Positions 29,784 to 39,583 are shown, counted from the first letter of the stretch. The stretch is DNA of 64,000 nucleotides from an uncultured Dehalococcoidia bacterium (GCA_964587795.1 CAZPMU010000005.1:15723-79722), one strand, 5' to 3'. Notes: generated from the sequence alone by a model not told the origin. Numbers and translations: made by a program.

Positions 29784-29898
29784 GTAACGGCTTGCCGACC
29801 TGGCCGGCGTTTCTCGCAGCATTTGCAGGGGCAGCCACAAAGGCTGCCCCCTTCCTTTTGTAATGCTCCTTGTGGGGCAAGTGTTCGGAAAGGTTTCA

Positions 29899-29965
29899 TT
29901 TACCGGAGAGGCAGAGAGTATTTCTGTGAAACTCCGGGTCTCCGAGTCTCTGCAGTTAAGGGAGT
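29899..29965. repeat. Family 1 intergenic repeat, copy E (divergent)
   Basis: tttaccggagaggcagagagtatttctgtgaaactccgggtctccgagtctctgcagttaaggg. Confidence 0.45.
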
Positions 29966-30125
29966 CTTCGGAATGCGTACCCTGACACCTTGCCGTGGTC
30001 GGTGGCGTGGCCCCCCGATTTAATGTAAATTGAGGGCACGAACTGGGGACAGGCAACGAAATGGTCCGTCCCACATCCCAGCAGCGGCCCGCAGAACCCG
30101 AACGAAGCGCATGAAGGAGGAAGCC

Positions 30126-31463
30126 ATGCCAGAGACAATCCGGGAGGAGTACATCAGGAAAAATCCCCGCTCCGCAGAGCTGTACCCCAGGTTCACGGAA
30201 CTGTTTCCCTCGGGCGGCGCCGGCCACGACGGCTACGTGGCCGCTCCCTTCCCCATAACCATTGCCAGCGGCCAGGGGCCCCGCAAGTGGGACGTGGACG
30301 GCAACGAATACATTGACTACGGCCTGGGCTCCGCCTCCCTGCTGCTGGGCCACGCCCACCCGGAAGTGGTGGAGGCCCTCACCCGCGCCGCGCCCATGGG
30401 TTCCCACTTCGGTGCGCCCGTGGAGTCCATGCTGGAGTGGGGCGAGAGGGTCTGCAACCTGATTCCCTGCGCCGACAAGGTGCGGTTCGTGGCATCGGGC
30501 GCCGAGTCTACCATGCTGGCCATGCGCATTGCCCGCGCCTACACCGGCAAGGAGAAGATCATCCGGTGGGAGTCCCACTACCATGGCTGGCACGATTACG
30601 TTATGCCCGGCAACCTGCCGCCCTTTGACGAACCCGCCTCCATCGGCATACCGCAGGGCGCGGTGGACTCGGTAATAGTCCTGCCGCCGGACCTGAACAT
30701 CCTGGAGGATACTCTGTCCAGCCGGAACGACATCGCCGGGGTGATTACCGAGGGATCCGGCGCGTCCTACGGCACGGTGCCCCGCCAGGAGGGTTTCGTA
30801 GAAGGCGTAAGGGAACTGACCCGCCAGCACGGCGTGGTGATGATCCTGGACGAGGTAATTACCGGATTCCGCTGGAGCCCCGGCGGCCTGCAGGAATGGC
30901 TGGGCATTGAGCCCGACCTGTGTACCCTGGCCAAGATCCTCACCGGCGGCCTTCCCGGCGGCGCGGTGGCCGGCCGGGACGAGGTGATGCAGGTAATGGT
31001 CCAGACGGGCGACCGCCAGCACGACCGTTACCAGCGGGTGCTGCACGGCGGCACCTTCAACGCCAACCCCTATTGCGCTGCCACGGGCAACGCGGCCCTG
31101 CGCATCGCCGCTACCGGCGAGATGCAGGCCCAGGCCGACCGCATGGCCGAGCGGCTGCGGGTGGGCCTCCGCCGCATCATCGACCGCCAGGAAATTCCCG
31201 CCACCGTTTATGGCGAGTCTTCCACCTTCCACGTCTATTTCGGGGGCCGCTCCATCGAGGGGCTGGACGCCAATACCCTGAAGAACACGCCCCCGGAGGT
31301 GCAGACGGCTTTCCGCCAGGCTTTGCAGGTCAGGGGCGTTGACCTTATGTCCCGCACCAGTGGCGTCCTCTCCGGCGTCCACACCGAGGCTGATATTGAC
31401 GCCAGCCTGGACGCCTTCGACGGCGCCATCAAGGCCCTGATAGACGAGGGGCTTGTGGGCTAA
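30126..31463 (+). CDS. Class III PLP-dependent aminotransferase (glutamate-1-semialdehyde aminomutase-like)
   Basis: DGNEYIDYGLGSASLLLGHAHPEV, MILDEVITGFR and LAKILTGGLPGGAV (PLP-Lys region). AAGGAGGA lies upstream of the ATG at 30126. Confidence 0.92.
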   Translation: MPETIREEYIRKNPRSAELYPRFTELFPSGGAGHDGYVAAPFPITIASGQGPRKWDVDGNEYIDYGLGSASLLLGHAHPEVVEALTRAAPMGSHFGAPVESMLEWGERVCNLIPCADKVRFVASGAESTMLAMRIARAYTGKEKIIRWESHYHGWHDYVMPGNLPPFDEPASIGIPQGAVDSVIVLPPDLNILEDTLSSRNDIAGVITEGSGASYGTVPRQEGFVEGVRELTRQHGVVMILDEVITGFRWSPGGLQEWLGIEPDLCTLAKILTGGLPGGAVAGRDEVMQVMVQTGDRQHDRYQRVLHGGTFNANPYCAATGNAALRIAATGEMQAQADRMAERLRVGLRRIIDRQEIPATVYGESSTFHVYFGGRSIEGLDANTLKNTPPEVQTAFRQALQVRGVDLMSRTSGVLSGVHTEADIDASLDAFDGAIKALIDEGLVG

Positions 31464-31579
31464 GAGACTATCTCGAAACTATCGAGGAAACTGGTGAGAG
31501 CTTTCCGCCGTTGTGGCGTAACGTCTTTCACCCCATCCTGGCCTTTTCCCGTTGAAGGAGAGCATCAAGGAGACCAACC

Positions 31580-32791
31580 ATGGCGGATACCGAGGTACTG
31601 GTAGTTGGCGGGGGCATAGCCGGAGCATCCGCTGCCTGGCATCTCGCCTCTCTTGGCCGCAGGGTTACCCTCCTGGAGCGGGGAGACATTGCATCTGAGG
31701 CATCCGGCGTAAACGCTGGAGGCATTGGCGCCCTGGGGTGGGGGCATATTCCGGACCTCCAGGCGTACCTGACCATGGGCAGCCTGCAGATTTTCAAGCA
31801 ACTGCAGCTGGAACTCGGTTACGACATAGAATTTCGGGCATCCGGCGCGCTGCAGGCCATCCAGACGCGGAAACAGTTCGAATACGCCAGGGACCGGTCC
31901 CTGGCCCTGAAGGCTCGCGGCTACACCCTGGAGTTGCTGACGACCAACGAGGCTCGCGCCCTGGAGCCGGGGCTGAACCCCGACCTTTGGGGCGCGGTGT
32001 ATCTCCCCCTGCGGGCCCAGGCAGACCCGGTTAAGGCGACCCAGGCTTTTGCCGCTGCCGCGGCGCGGGAAGGAGCGGAAATTCTGACCGGCCGCAACGT
32101 GACGGATATTGACCGGCTGGGGAACGGCGCGTTCCGGGTTTTCTGCGGCGGAGAGGAGCGCCTGGCGCAGCGGCTGGTACTGGCTGCGGGGGCCTGGTGC
32201 CAACCCCTGGGCAGAATGCTGGGGCTGGATATACCCATCGTACCGGTACGGGGGCAGATGTGGGCCTCAGATTCCCTGCCCCCCAGGGTGTTCCATTCTC
32301 TGTCGGCGACCGAGTCTCCAATGCACTGGGCGGAATACCCCGGCAACGATGCCCAAACGCCGCCGGAGCTGACCCACTCCGGAGACCGCCGCGTCACCAG
32401 GCACCTGTACGGGCGGCAGACCAGGGACGGCGAGCTTGTGTTCGGCGGCGACCGGCAGCTGGCAGGTTACGACAAGACGGTCGAGGACGCAGGAATTGAC
32501 GTTAATTTCCGCCACGTTGCCGAGCTTGTTCCGGGCGCGGGCAGCCTTCCCATCCGGCGTACCTGGGCCGGTCTGATGCCCTTTTCCCTCGACGGTAAGC
32601 CGGTCATCGGCAGTATTCCCCAATTCGACAACTTGTACATCGTGAGCGGCCTCGCTTCTTCCGGGTTTGGGCGCGGGCCGATGGCGGGGAAGCTCATCGC
32701 CGAATTCGTTCATACGGGGCACATGCCTCCGGTGCTTTCCGAGGCGGATCCCGCCCGGTGCGTTACCGTTCTGGAGGAACCGGTAACCTGA
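31580..32791 (+). CDS. FAD-dependent oxidoreductase (DAO family; glycine/D-amino-acid/sarcosine oxidase-like)
   Basis: N-terminal dinucleotide fold VLVVGGGIAGASAAWHLASLGRRVTLLERG. 403 aa. Confidence 0.9.
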   Translation: MADTEVLVVGGGIAGASAAWHLASLGRRVTLLERGDIASEASGVNAGGIGALGWGHIPDLQAYLTMGSLQIFKQLQLELGYDIEFRASGALQAIQTRKQFEYARDRSLALKARGYTLELLTTNEARALEPGLNPDLWGAVYLPLRAQADPVKATQAFAAAAAREGAEILTGRNVTDIDRLGNGAFRVFCGGEERLAQRLVLAAGAWCQPLGRMLGLDIPIVPVRGQMWASDSLPPRVFHSLSATESPMHWAEYPGNDAQTPPELTHSGDRRVTRHLYGRQTRDGELVFGGDRQLAGYDKTVEDAGIDVNFRHVAELVPGAGSLPIRRTWAGLMPFSLDGKPVIGSIPQFDNLYIVSGLASSGFGRGPMAGKLIAEFVHTGHMPPVLSEADPARCVTVLEEPVT

Positions 32792-32904
32792 AGGGGAAGC
32801 CGTGGGCCCCGCACCGGCGCACTCCCTGGCAACCGCACATCAGGAGCCGCCGTCCCTGCAGCATCCGTACGACGCGTTGGTCGATTATAGCTCCTGTGCT
32901 TGAG

Positions 32905-33737
32905 TCACCCCGTAGTCCACGTAACCAGCAGCTCCCGCGACCTTTGCCGCCACCGGGGACGGTAGCCATCCCCATCATATACAAACAGCCGGTCGAAGTT
33001 GTGGGATATTGCCTCACGGGCTGCGGGCAGGTCTTTTTCCATTACCCAGCCGCTCTCCAGCACGTCCTGTATGGCATCTTCCCTGGTTTTGAGCAGGTTC
33101 TGCTCCCACCAGGGCGGCTCCGGCAGCGTCACCAGGTCGGGGAGAATGCCCATGTCCCACAGAACCGGCATCAGTTCGCGAAATCCGGGAACGGGGGCCA
33201 AGGGTTCGCCGTACAGTAGCTCGTAGAGGACGGCCTCGCTGTTGGGTGGAGATACGCTCCAGAGTGTAATCATCACCCTGCGGCGAGCGGCTGTCTGCAG
33301 CTTTTCGACGAAGGGGACAATTTCCCGCACGAAGTAGACCACGTCGGCAGAGAATACCACGTCTCCCGCCACGCTGTTCAAGTCCGGCCAGTTGGCCTCG
33401 ACGCGGCGGACGTTGGCAATGCCCGCCTCCCTGTGGCAGGCGTCGAACTCGGCGCCCATGCCCGGGGAAGGGTCTACGACTATGGCCTCGCGGCAGCGCA
33501 GGGCCAGGGGCAGGCTCACCCTGCCCGCGCCGCCACCCACATCTACCAGCACGTCGTCCGGGGAAGGTACCCGGCGATGACTTCCAGGTTTGGCTCCAGG
33601 GGCCGGTGGGGGTCAAAGCGGAAAAGACGAGCCAGCCTTCCGGTCCAGGGATCGTCGGAAGGACTAATACCGTGCAGCCGCGCCTGCTGCTCAACCAGGG
33701 CATCGAGAAGACTGGCAAACTGGTCTGCGGACTTCAT
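32905..33737 (-). pseudogene. Class I SAM-dependent methyltransferase interrupted by a 1-nt frameshift
   Basis: The 64-aa N-terminal ORF (33543-33737) and the 215-aa ORF (32905-33552) belong together. Motif I VLVDVGGGAGR begins exactly at the frame switch, next to a C4 run (minus strand; plus-strand GGGG at 33560-33563). Confidence 0.7.
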
Positions 33738-33749
33738 CGGTAGCTGCGG

Positions 33750-34952
33750 TCAGCCCAGCTTGGCGGCCCGGGGGTGGGTTGCCTTTGCCACCTGCTGGGC
33801 AGTCAGGCCGGCGAATCGCTGCGGGCGGTAGGGTCGCAGCGCCGCATCCGCCGGTGCCCCGCCACAGATTTCCTGGGCGGCCAGTTGGCTGAGCGCAGGG
33901 GCCAGGGTAACGCCGCTGTGAGTGAGGGCAATGTACAGGTTGGGCGCCTCGGTGGCAAACCCCATTACCGGGTAGCCGTCCAGCGGCATGGGACGCCAGC
34001 CCACAGGCACCGGGGCAGCCTGAGCGTCACCGATGCCAGGCAGGTAGCGGCAGGCCCGGGCCAGCAGGTCGTCGGCGTGGGCCTGAGAGTCGTCTTCCGC
34101 CAGGCTTTCCTGGTCGCCCTCGCCAATCATCAGGCGGCCGTCGGGGCACTGTCGGATGTGAATCTCGCGGCGACCGTCCTCCAGGGCCGGGGCGTACACC
34201 ACCGGCACTTTCTCTAACAGGGGCGGCAGGGGCGTGGTCCGTATCACTACGCCGGGGCTTTCCGCCTGGGGCACGTTGATTCCCGCCAGGGCCGCCAGGC
34301 GGGTGGTGTCGGTACCCGTGGCCATCACTGCCGCATCCACGGGCCTGGAACCGCCGTTGGTTTCCAGGGAGCGGACCCGGCCTTCTCCGTCGCGCTCAAA
34401 CCCAAGGACTTCCGTTCCGGTCAGAAGCTCGCAGCCCATTTCCCGCAGACGGCGCAGGCAGGCGTCCACCACCATTTGGGGTTCAACCTGGCCTTCGTTG
34501 GGGCTGTATTCGGCGACGGCCACCGGGCCGGGTTCCAGGGCAGGTTCCAGGCGTTTCAGCTCGCCTGCGTCAACCAGGCGTGTGGGATAGCCCCAGGCCT
34601 GGAGTTGACGGACCCGGGCCGCCAGCCGCTCTACGTGAGCAGGGTCGGCCTCCCAGGAAACCTTGCCGCCCCAGCGCAGGCCAACGGTTTGCGGGTCGCC
34701 GTGGTCACCGATGGCCTGGGCGAAACGGGTCCACATATCCAGGGACCGGCGGTTCAGGTTGTGATAGCCCACGGGTTCCTTGGCCCCCGCGTTGATCCAG
34801 GCAAAGCTGTGGCTGGAAGCGCCGTGGCCGGGCTGGTCCTTGTCCAACAGTACAACCTGGGCCCCGCGGCGGGCCAGGCGCCAGGCGATGGCGGCGCCCA
34901 TGATACCGGTGCCAATTACGGCTATGTTACGCGGCTGCTCGGGAATTACCAA
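33750..34952 (-). CDS. FAD-dependent oxidoreductase (DAO family)
   Basis: IAVIGTGIMGAAIAWRLARRGAQVVLLDK dinucleotide fold. TTG start with AGGAG 9 nt upstream. Confidence 0.9.
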   Translation of the reverse strand: MVIPEQPRNIAVIGTGIMGAAIAWRLARRGAQVVLLDKDQPGHGASSHSFAWINAGAKEPVGYHNLNRRSLDMWTRFAQAIGDHGDPQTVGLRWGGKVSWEADPAHVERLAARVRQLQAWGYPTRLVDAGELKRLEPALEPGPVAVAEYSPNEGQVEPQMVVDACLRRLREMGCELLTGTEVLGFERDGEGRVRSLETNGGSRPVDAAVMATGTDTTRLAALAGINVPQAESPGVVIRTTPLPPLLEKVPVVYAPALEDGRREIHIRQCPDGRLMIGEGDQESLAEDDSQAHADDLLARACRYLPGIGDAQAAPVPVGWRPMPLDGYPVMGFATEAPNLYIALTHSGVTLAPALSQLAAQEICGGAPADAALRPYRPQRFAGLTAQQVAKATHPRAAKLG

Positions 34953-35014
34953 TGGGTGAATCTCCTTTCGTCACCGGGGGGTGCGTTGCCAAGGCCTGGC
35001 CGTACCACCGAACG

Positions 35015-36064
35015 CTACCTGAAATTTGGCATCACTTCCCGTGCGAACAGCTCCATCGACCGCATTACCTTGGAGTGCTCCATGCTGCCGAAGGACATGC
35101 TGGCGCCGAAGTAGTCGATGCCGTAATCATCCCGCAGCCTTGTTATCCTCTCTATGCACTGGTGGGGGGTGCCGAAATAGCAGGTGGACTCCAGCTCCGA
35201 CTCGTAGCTGGCCGGTTCCACGGTGCGGACCTGGCGCCAGTGGTCCAGGTCCACGTTTATCTCGTCGCCGTGGGTAAGGGTGCGCCGGTAGCCTCCCAGG
35301 TCTCGCACCCAGGTCAGCGACTGGCGGGGGTATTCCCGGGCCGCCGCTTCGTCCTCATCCAGGTACACGAACCGGAAGTAGGGCATTGCGGCCACGGACA
35401 GGGTCTTGCCGGCGGCGGCGCAGCGTTCCTCGTACAGGGAATACAGGGCCAGGTTATCCGCCTCCGGCATGGAAAAACTGGTCAGAATAGGCAGGTCACG
35501 CTCCACGGCAACGTCCACGCTGGCGGGGGTGCGGGATACGGCCAGGTACACCGGCGGATAGGGCTGCTGTACGGGCTTGGGCGCGATGGTCAGGTCTCTC
35601 ACCTGGTAGAACTCGCCGTCGAAGCTGAAATTGTCCTGGGTCCACAGTCCCAGGATGATGTCCAGGGCCTCCTGGGTGCGCACGTCCCGGGTGTCGAAGT
35701 CGATGTTGAAGTTGCCGTACTCGTAGTCTGCCGAGCCGCGACCCACGCCGAAATCCAGCCGGCCCTGGCTGAGCACGTCCAGCATGGCGCTCTCTTCCGC
35801 CAGGAAGATGGGGTTGTGGAAGGGCAGGACGCTGACGCCGGCGCCAATGCGTATTTTGCTGGTGCGCGCGGCGATGTGGCTGAGCAGGGGCATCAGCGAC
35901 GGACAGATGCCGTAGCGGCTGGAGTGGTGCTCGGCAATCCACACCGAGTCGAAGCCAAGTTCCTCGGCGTATTCCGTCTGTTCCAGCATTTCGCTGAAGA
36001 TTCGACTCTGTGCGCTTGTTTCCTCTTCCGTCCACGAGCCCAGCAGAAACAGGGCAAACTTCAT
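35015..36064 (-). CDS. LLM-class (luciferase-like) flavin-dependent oxidoreductase
   Basis: MKFALFLLG...LGFDSVWIAEHH...RLDFGVGRG, an LLM TIM-barrel pattern. SD GAAGGAGG. Confidence 0.9.
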   Translation of the reverse strand: MKFALFLLGSWTEEETSAQSRIFSEMLEQTEYAEELGFDSVWIAEHHSSRYGICPSLMPLLSHIAARTSKIRIGAGVSVLPFHNPIFLAEESAMLDVLSQGRLDFGVGRGSADYEYGNFNIDFDTRDVRTQEALDIILGLWTQDNFSFDGEFYQVRDLTIAPKPVQQPYPPVYLAVSRTPASVDVAVERDLPILTSFSMPEADNLALYSLYEERCAAAGKTLSVAAMPYFRFVYLDEDEAAAREYPRQSLTWVRDLGGYRRTLTHGDEINVDLDHWRQVRTVEPASYESELESTCYFGTPHQCIERITRLRDDYGIDYFGASMSFGSMEHSKVMRSMELFAREVMPNFR

Positions 36065-36187
36065 AATGGAAAGGGCCTCCTTCAGGCTGGGCTAATCAGG
36101 TATGAGGCATTCGGACTTCCATTCCCCGCCCGACCTTCCTCCGCCAGGGGGAAAAGGAACTGCCGAATGCCGCGACAATTCCGCCGG

Positions 36188-36634
36188 TCAGGGGGTGTTG
36201 AACTGTACCAGGATGCCGTCGGGGTCGTGGACGTAAATGCTGCGGACTTCCCCGTCGGGACCGGTGAAGGACTCCATGGGGCCGGCCAGTTCAACGCCTT
36301 TGTCCAGCAACTCCTGCATTAGGCCCTTCACGTCGGCAACCCCAAAGGAAATGTGGCTGATTCCCACCTCGTCCAGCTTGATGGGCTGGCCATCGGGGTC
36401 GTCACCGGGGTGGCTGGTCAGGGTCAGAGTGGGAGTGGCGCCCTCGCCGTATGCCAAACTTACCCAGCGGCGGGCCTGCCTTGTGCGCCGGTAGTTGTGC
36501 AGGCGGCCGCCCTCCGTGGGGTCGGTCATGCGGTCGCCCAGCACCCTCATGCCAAGTACATCGCGGTAGAAGGCCAGCGAACGTTCCATGTCCCTGACGC
36601 AGATGCCGATGTGAGTAACGCAGGTGGCTTCCAT
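36188..36634 (-). CDS. VOC family protein
   Basis: VTHIGICVRDMERSLAFYRDVLGM, then ISHISFGVADVKGLMQEL. The ATG at 36634 with GGGGGAG upstream is preferred over the longer ORF. Confidence 0.85.
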   Translation of the reverse strand: MEATCVTHIGICVRDMERSLAFYRDVLGMRVLGDRMTDPTEGGRLHNYRRTRQARRWVSLAYGEGATPTLTLTSHPGDDPDGQPIKLDEVGISHISFGVADVKGLMQELLDKGVELAGPMESFTGPDGEVRSIYVHDPDGILVQFNTP

Positions 36635-36732
36635 ATAGCTTGACTCCCCCTGGTTGTGTGCTGCTTGCTCCCATGCAGATGAGCTTTTGGACGGATGCGG
36701 AGGCGACTGAACCCTGCTGTTTGCAGCCGGTG

Positions 36733-37143
36733 TTAGTCCAGGGGCAGCTTGTGCAGCCAGCCGGGCTCGGAAATGTCCAGAACCTGGCCGTTGGGGCCGG
36801 ACCACTTTTCCTCGGCCCGGGGCGCGCGAAATTCGCCGTCTTTGGCCACTTCCCGGCGGACTATCTCGTCGCCGCCAATCCCCCGCAGCCGGGCGCCCGT
36901 GTTCTGCAGGCTGTCCACCTGGAAGCCGATGTGGTGAATGCCGCTGTAGTTCTCGCCATTGGGGCCAACGTCGGCGTCATTGTTGGTCTTCCACTTCAGA
37001 ATGGTGAGGTTGATGTCGCCGTCGGTAAGCTGGATCTGGCGGTCGTTGCGGGCGACCTCCACCAGGTCAAACCCTTCCTTGTAGAAACTGGCAACGGTGT
37101 CGGGATCCTGGCAGGTTATGGCGATGTGCTTGATCTTGGCCAC
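36733..37143 (-). CDS. VOC family protein
   Basis: IKHIAITCQDPDTVASFYKEGF and IHHIGFQVDSL. GTG start at 37143. Confidence 0.8.
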   Translation of the reverse strand: MAKIKHIAITCQDPDTVASFYKEGFDLVEVARNDRQIQLTDGDINLTILKWKTNNDADVGPNGENYSGIHHIGFQVDSLQNTGARLRGIGGDEIVRREVAKDGEFRAPRAEEKWSGPNGQVLDISEPGWLHKLPLD

Positions 37144-37228
37144 GTGGGCACCCCCAATGCTAGTATTGCCGCTATTATACCCCCAAGGTGTGCCGGAGGA
37201 CACGGCGCCGGAATATCGGCGCTGCCCG

Positions 37229-38923
37229 CTACGCCCGCCCCTTTCTCATGACAAGCTGCAGAATGTCGTTGCTGTTGACCACGCCCACGAACCGCTCCGA
37301 TTCCCGGTCCACCACGGCAACGGCCGTCACTGAATTTTCCCTCATGCGCTGAAGCACGTCCTCAACATGCTCATCCGGCCAGGCGAGGGAGTGCTCGGCC
37401 CGGATTAACCGGCTTATGGGTGTGGTTGCCCATTCCTCCTCGGGCAGGTAACGCAGCATGTCGAGGGACAACACGCCCGCTATGGATTCGCCGTCGGCCA
37501 CCACGTAGTCATGCTGGTACGCATTGGCCCACCGTTCCGTAAAGTCCCGCACCGAAATAGAGGGCATGGGATGGCGCCGGGTGCGGTCGAGAATATCGTC
37601 AATGACAATCTCGGCGAGCACAAACCTGAAAATGCCCCGGGGGATGTCGTCGGGGGTGGTGATGGAAGCCATGTTCCGGCTGGCCCGGCCGGTGGCAAAG
37701 CTGATCAGTGAAGGGGTCAGCAGCATATAGCAGAACATCACCAGTATCAGGAAGGAGAAGATCGACTCGTCAATGACCCCGGTTTCCCACAGGACCAGCA
37801 GCAGGGCGATCTCGGCTACTCCCTTGCCCATTAGACCGGAGGCCACGGCCTGGGGTACCGCCAGCCGGGCCGCGTAGGCCCCCAGCAGGGCGCCGATAAA
37901 GTTGCCGCCCATGGGTATGAAGGCCAGCGCGGCCATGGTAAGCGGGGAGATGTCGATGAAGTTAAAGGTGAAGTGAAGGCCGGCGGAGGCGAAGAACAGG
38001 GGTACAAATATCGCTTCCGCAGTGCTGCGCAGCCCCGGCATAATCTCCACGCGCACCTGGTAGGGCAGGCCCGACAGGGAAGCGCCAAAAAGCAGGGCGC
38101 CCAGGGACCCGTGCAAACCCATAACCTCTGCGCCGTCCACTACCAGGAACAGGGTACCCAGCAGCAGCCCCAGGGAAAGCTGCGGCACCTGGATTATGCG
38201 CTGCAGCCTGGCAACCAGCGGTGGAAGCACCTTGGAAGACAGCAGCCAGGCTATGGCTGTAAAGCCCACGATCTTGGCCAGCAGGAGCAGTCCGCCGGTT
38301 AACGTTATTTCGTGAGCATGCTCACCGATGCTGAAGGTTATCACCAGTAGTGTAATCAGTTCCGCAATGAGGACGATGGTGAAAATCTGCAGCCCTATCG
38401 GCTCTCTCAATCGGCCATCGTCGGCCAGCACCTTGGCCACTATGCCCAGGCTGCTCATGGACAGTACGCCAGCCAGGGCCAGGGCGTCGGTGGGTTCGAG
38501 CATAATGCCAAAATCGTACAGGGCCCCCGTAGTAACCAGCAGGGAAACGCCCAGGGAGAAGGCCACCGACACCAGGGCAGCTATAAAGTAGTGGCCCCGC
38601 AGGGTGGCCACAAAGCTGGAAATGTCTATCTCGTCCAGCCCAATCAGGAAGAAAAAGATGAATATACCCAGGGTCAACAGCAGGTCGATGTGACCGGTGG
38701 GGTGGATGGACCAGCCGGTGAGGGCCTGGAGGGTGGGTCCCAGAAGAATGCCGGCCGCCGCGTAAGCCAGGATGGAGTTGAGGCGCAGGCGCCGGAAGAC
38801 CCCCTCGGCCAGCTTGGCGACGATGATCAGCAGGCCAAGGGAAAGGAGGGACTCGCGTATCTCATCCATCTGGGAGGCGAAATTAATCGCATCTCCAACA
38901 CCTGTGAGAACATCCGGCAGCAT
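37229..38923 (-). CDS. Cation:proton antiporter (CPA2 family) with C-terminal CBS-pair domain
   Basis: About 400-aa polytopic exchanger domain, then two CBS-like modules (DYVVADGESIAGVLS, VTAVAVVDRESERFVGVVN). Confidence 0.9.
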   Translation of the reverse strand: MLPDVLTGVGDAINFASQMDEIRESLLSLGLLIIVAKLAEGVFRRLRLNSILAYAAAGILLGPTLQALTGWSIHPTGHIDLLLTLGIFIFFFLIGLDEIDISSFVATLRGHYFIAALVSVAFSLGVSLLVTTGALYDFGIMLEPTDALALAGVLSMSSLGIVAKVLADDGRLREPIGLQIFTIVLIAELITLLVITFSIGEHAHEITLTGGLLLLAKIVGFTAIAWLLSSKVLPPLVARLQRIIQVPQLSLGLLLGTLFLVVDGAEVMGLHGSLGALLFGASLSGLPYQVRVEIMPGLRSTAEAIFVPLFFASAGLHFTFNFIDISPLTMAALAFIPMGGNFIGALLGAYAARLAVPQAVASGLMGKGVAEIALLLVLWETGVIDESIFSFLILVMFCYMLLTPSLISFATGRASRNMASITTPDDIPRGIFRFVLAEIVIDDILDRTRRHPMPSISVRDFTERWANAYQHDYVVADGESIAGVLSLDMLRYLPEEEWATTPISRLIRAEHSLAWPDEHVEDVLQRMRENSVTAVAVVDRESERFVGVVNSNDILQLVMRKGRA

Positions 38924-39313
38924 CCCTTAATTCACCCATAATGGTTAGTTGGTCGGCAGGAGGGGCCTATATTCTGGTGGCAGCACCAGCGGTTTGCAAT
39001 AGCATGCAACACGGTTTCATTGTATTTCCCAAGAATTCTGCCAACTTTGACCCTGGGCTGCGCCGGCCAGTCCTCTAAATGGCAGCCCGACGCTGCAGAG
39101 GCAGGGACTGCCAGCCTGAAGGGTCAGGCCAGCGATTCCTGGCAGGCTGCCGGCGTTGCCCCTCCGGCAAGGGTGCAGCCCTTTCTCCCCGGCGCGAGAG
39201 ACCACAAGGAAGCCCCCTTGCGGTATTGGCATAATACCCTGGCAGGGGTCACGCCGAGCGTGAAATGAGATCCGCAGACCACTTAAGGAACCTCTGAATA
39301 TGTCGTAGTCTCT

Positions 39314-39342
39314 GTCGTCAAAATGCCTAAGTCGTCAAAATG
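39314..39342. repeat. 12-bp direct repeat GTCGTCAAAATG x2 (17-bp period)
   Basis: Exact copies at 39314-39325 and 39331-39342, inside a 680-nt non-coding region. Confidence 0.8.
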
Positions 39343-39536
39343 AAGGTAGTAGCCTCACAGCGTCCTGTTTCGTCGTTTCCGCGAAGGGGGGAACCTCGAC
39401 AGGCTGGGTCAATCCGCTCCAGGCGGATGGCAATTCAGTAAAGAAACAGCGGATTTGAAGATACCCACCGGTCTCTGAGACGATGGCAAGAATCCCCACG
39501 GTGGGAGTGAAGGTCTCAGCTATGGAGCGAACCCCT

Positions 39537-39583
39537 TCACCCCCATCCTGACCTTCCCCCGTCAAGGGGGAAGAACTTTGTTC
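39537..39583. repeat. Family 2 hairpin repeat copy
   Basis: tcacccccatcctgaccttcccccgtcaagggggaagaactttgttc, with internal stem cttccccc/gggggaag. Confidence 0.6.
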
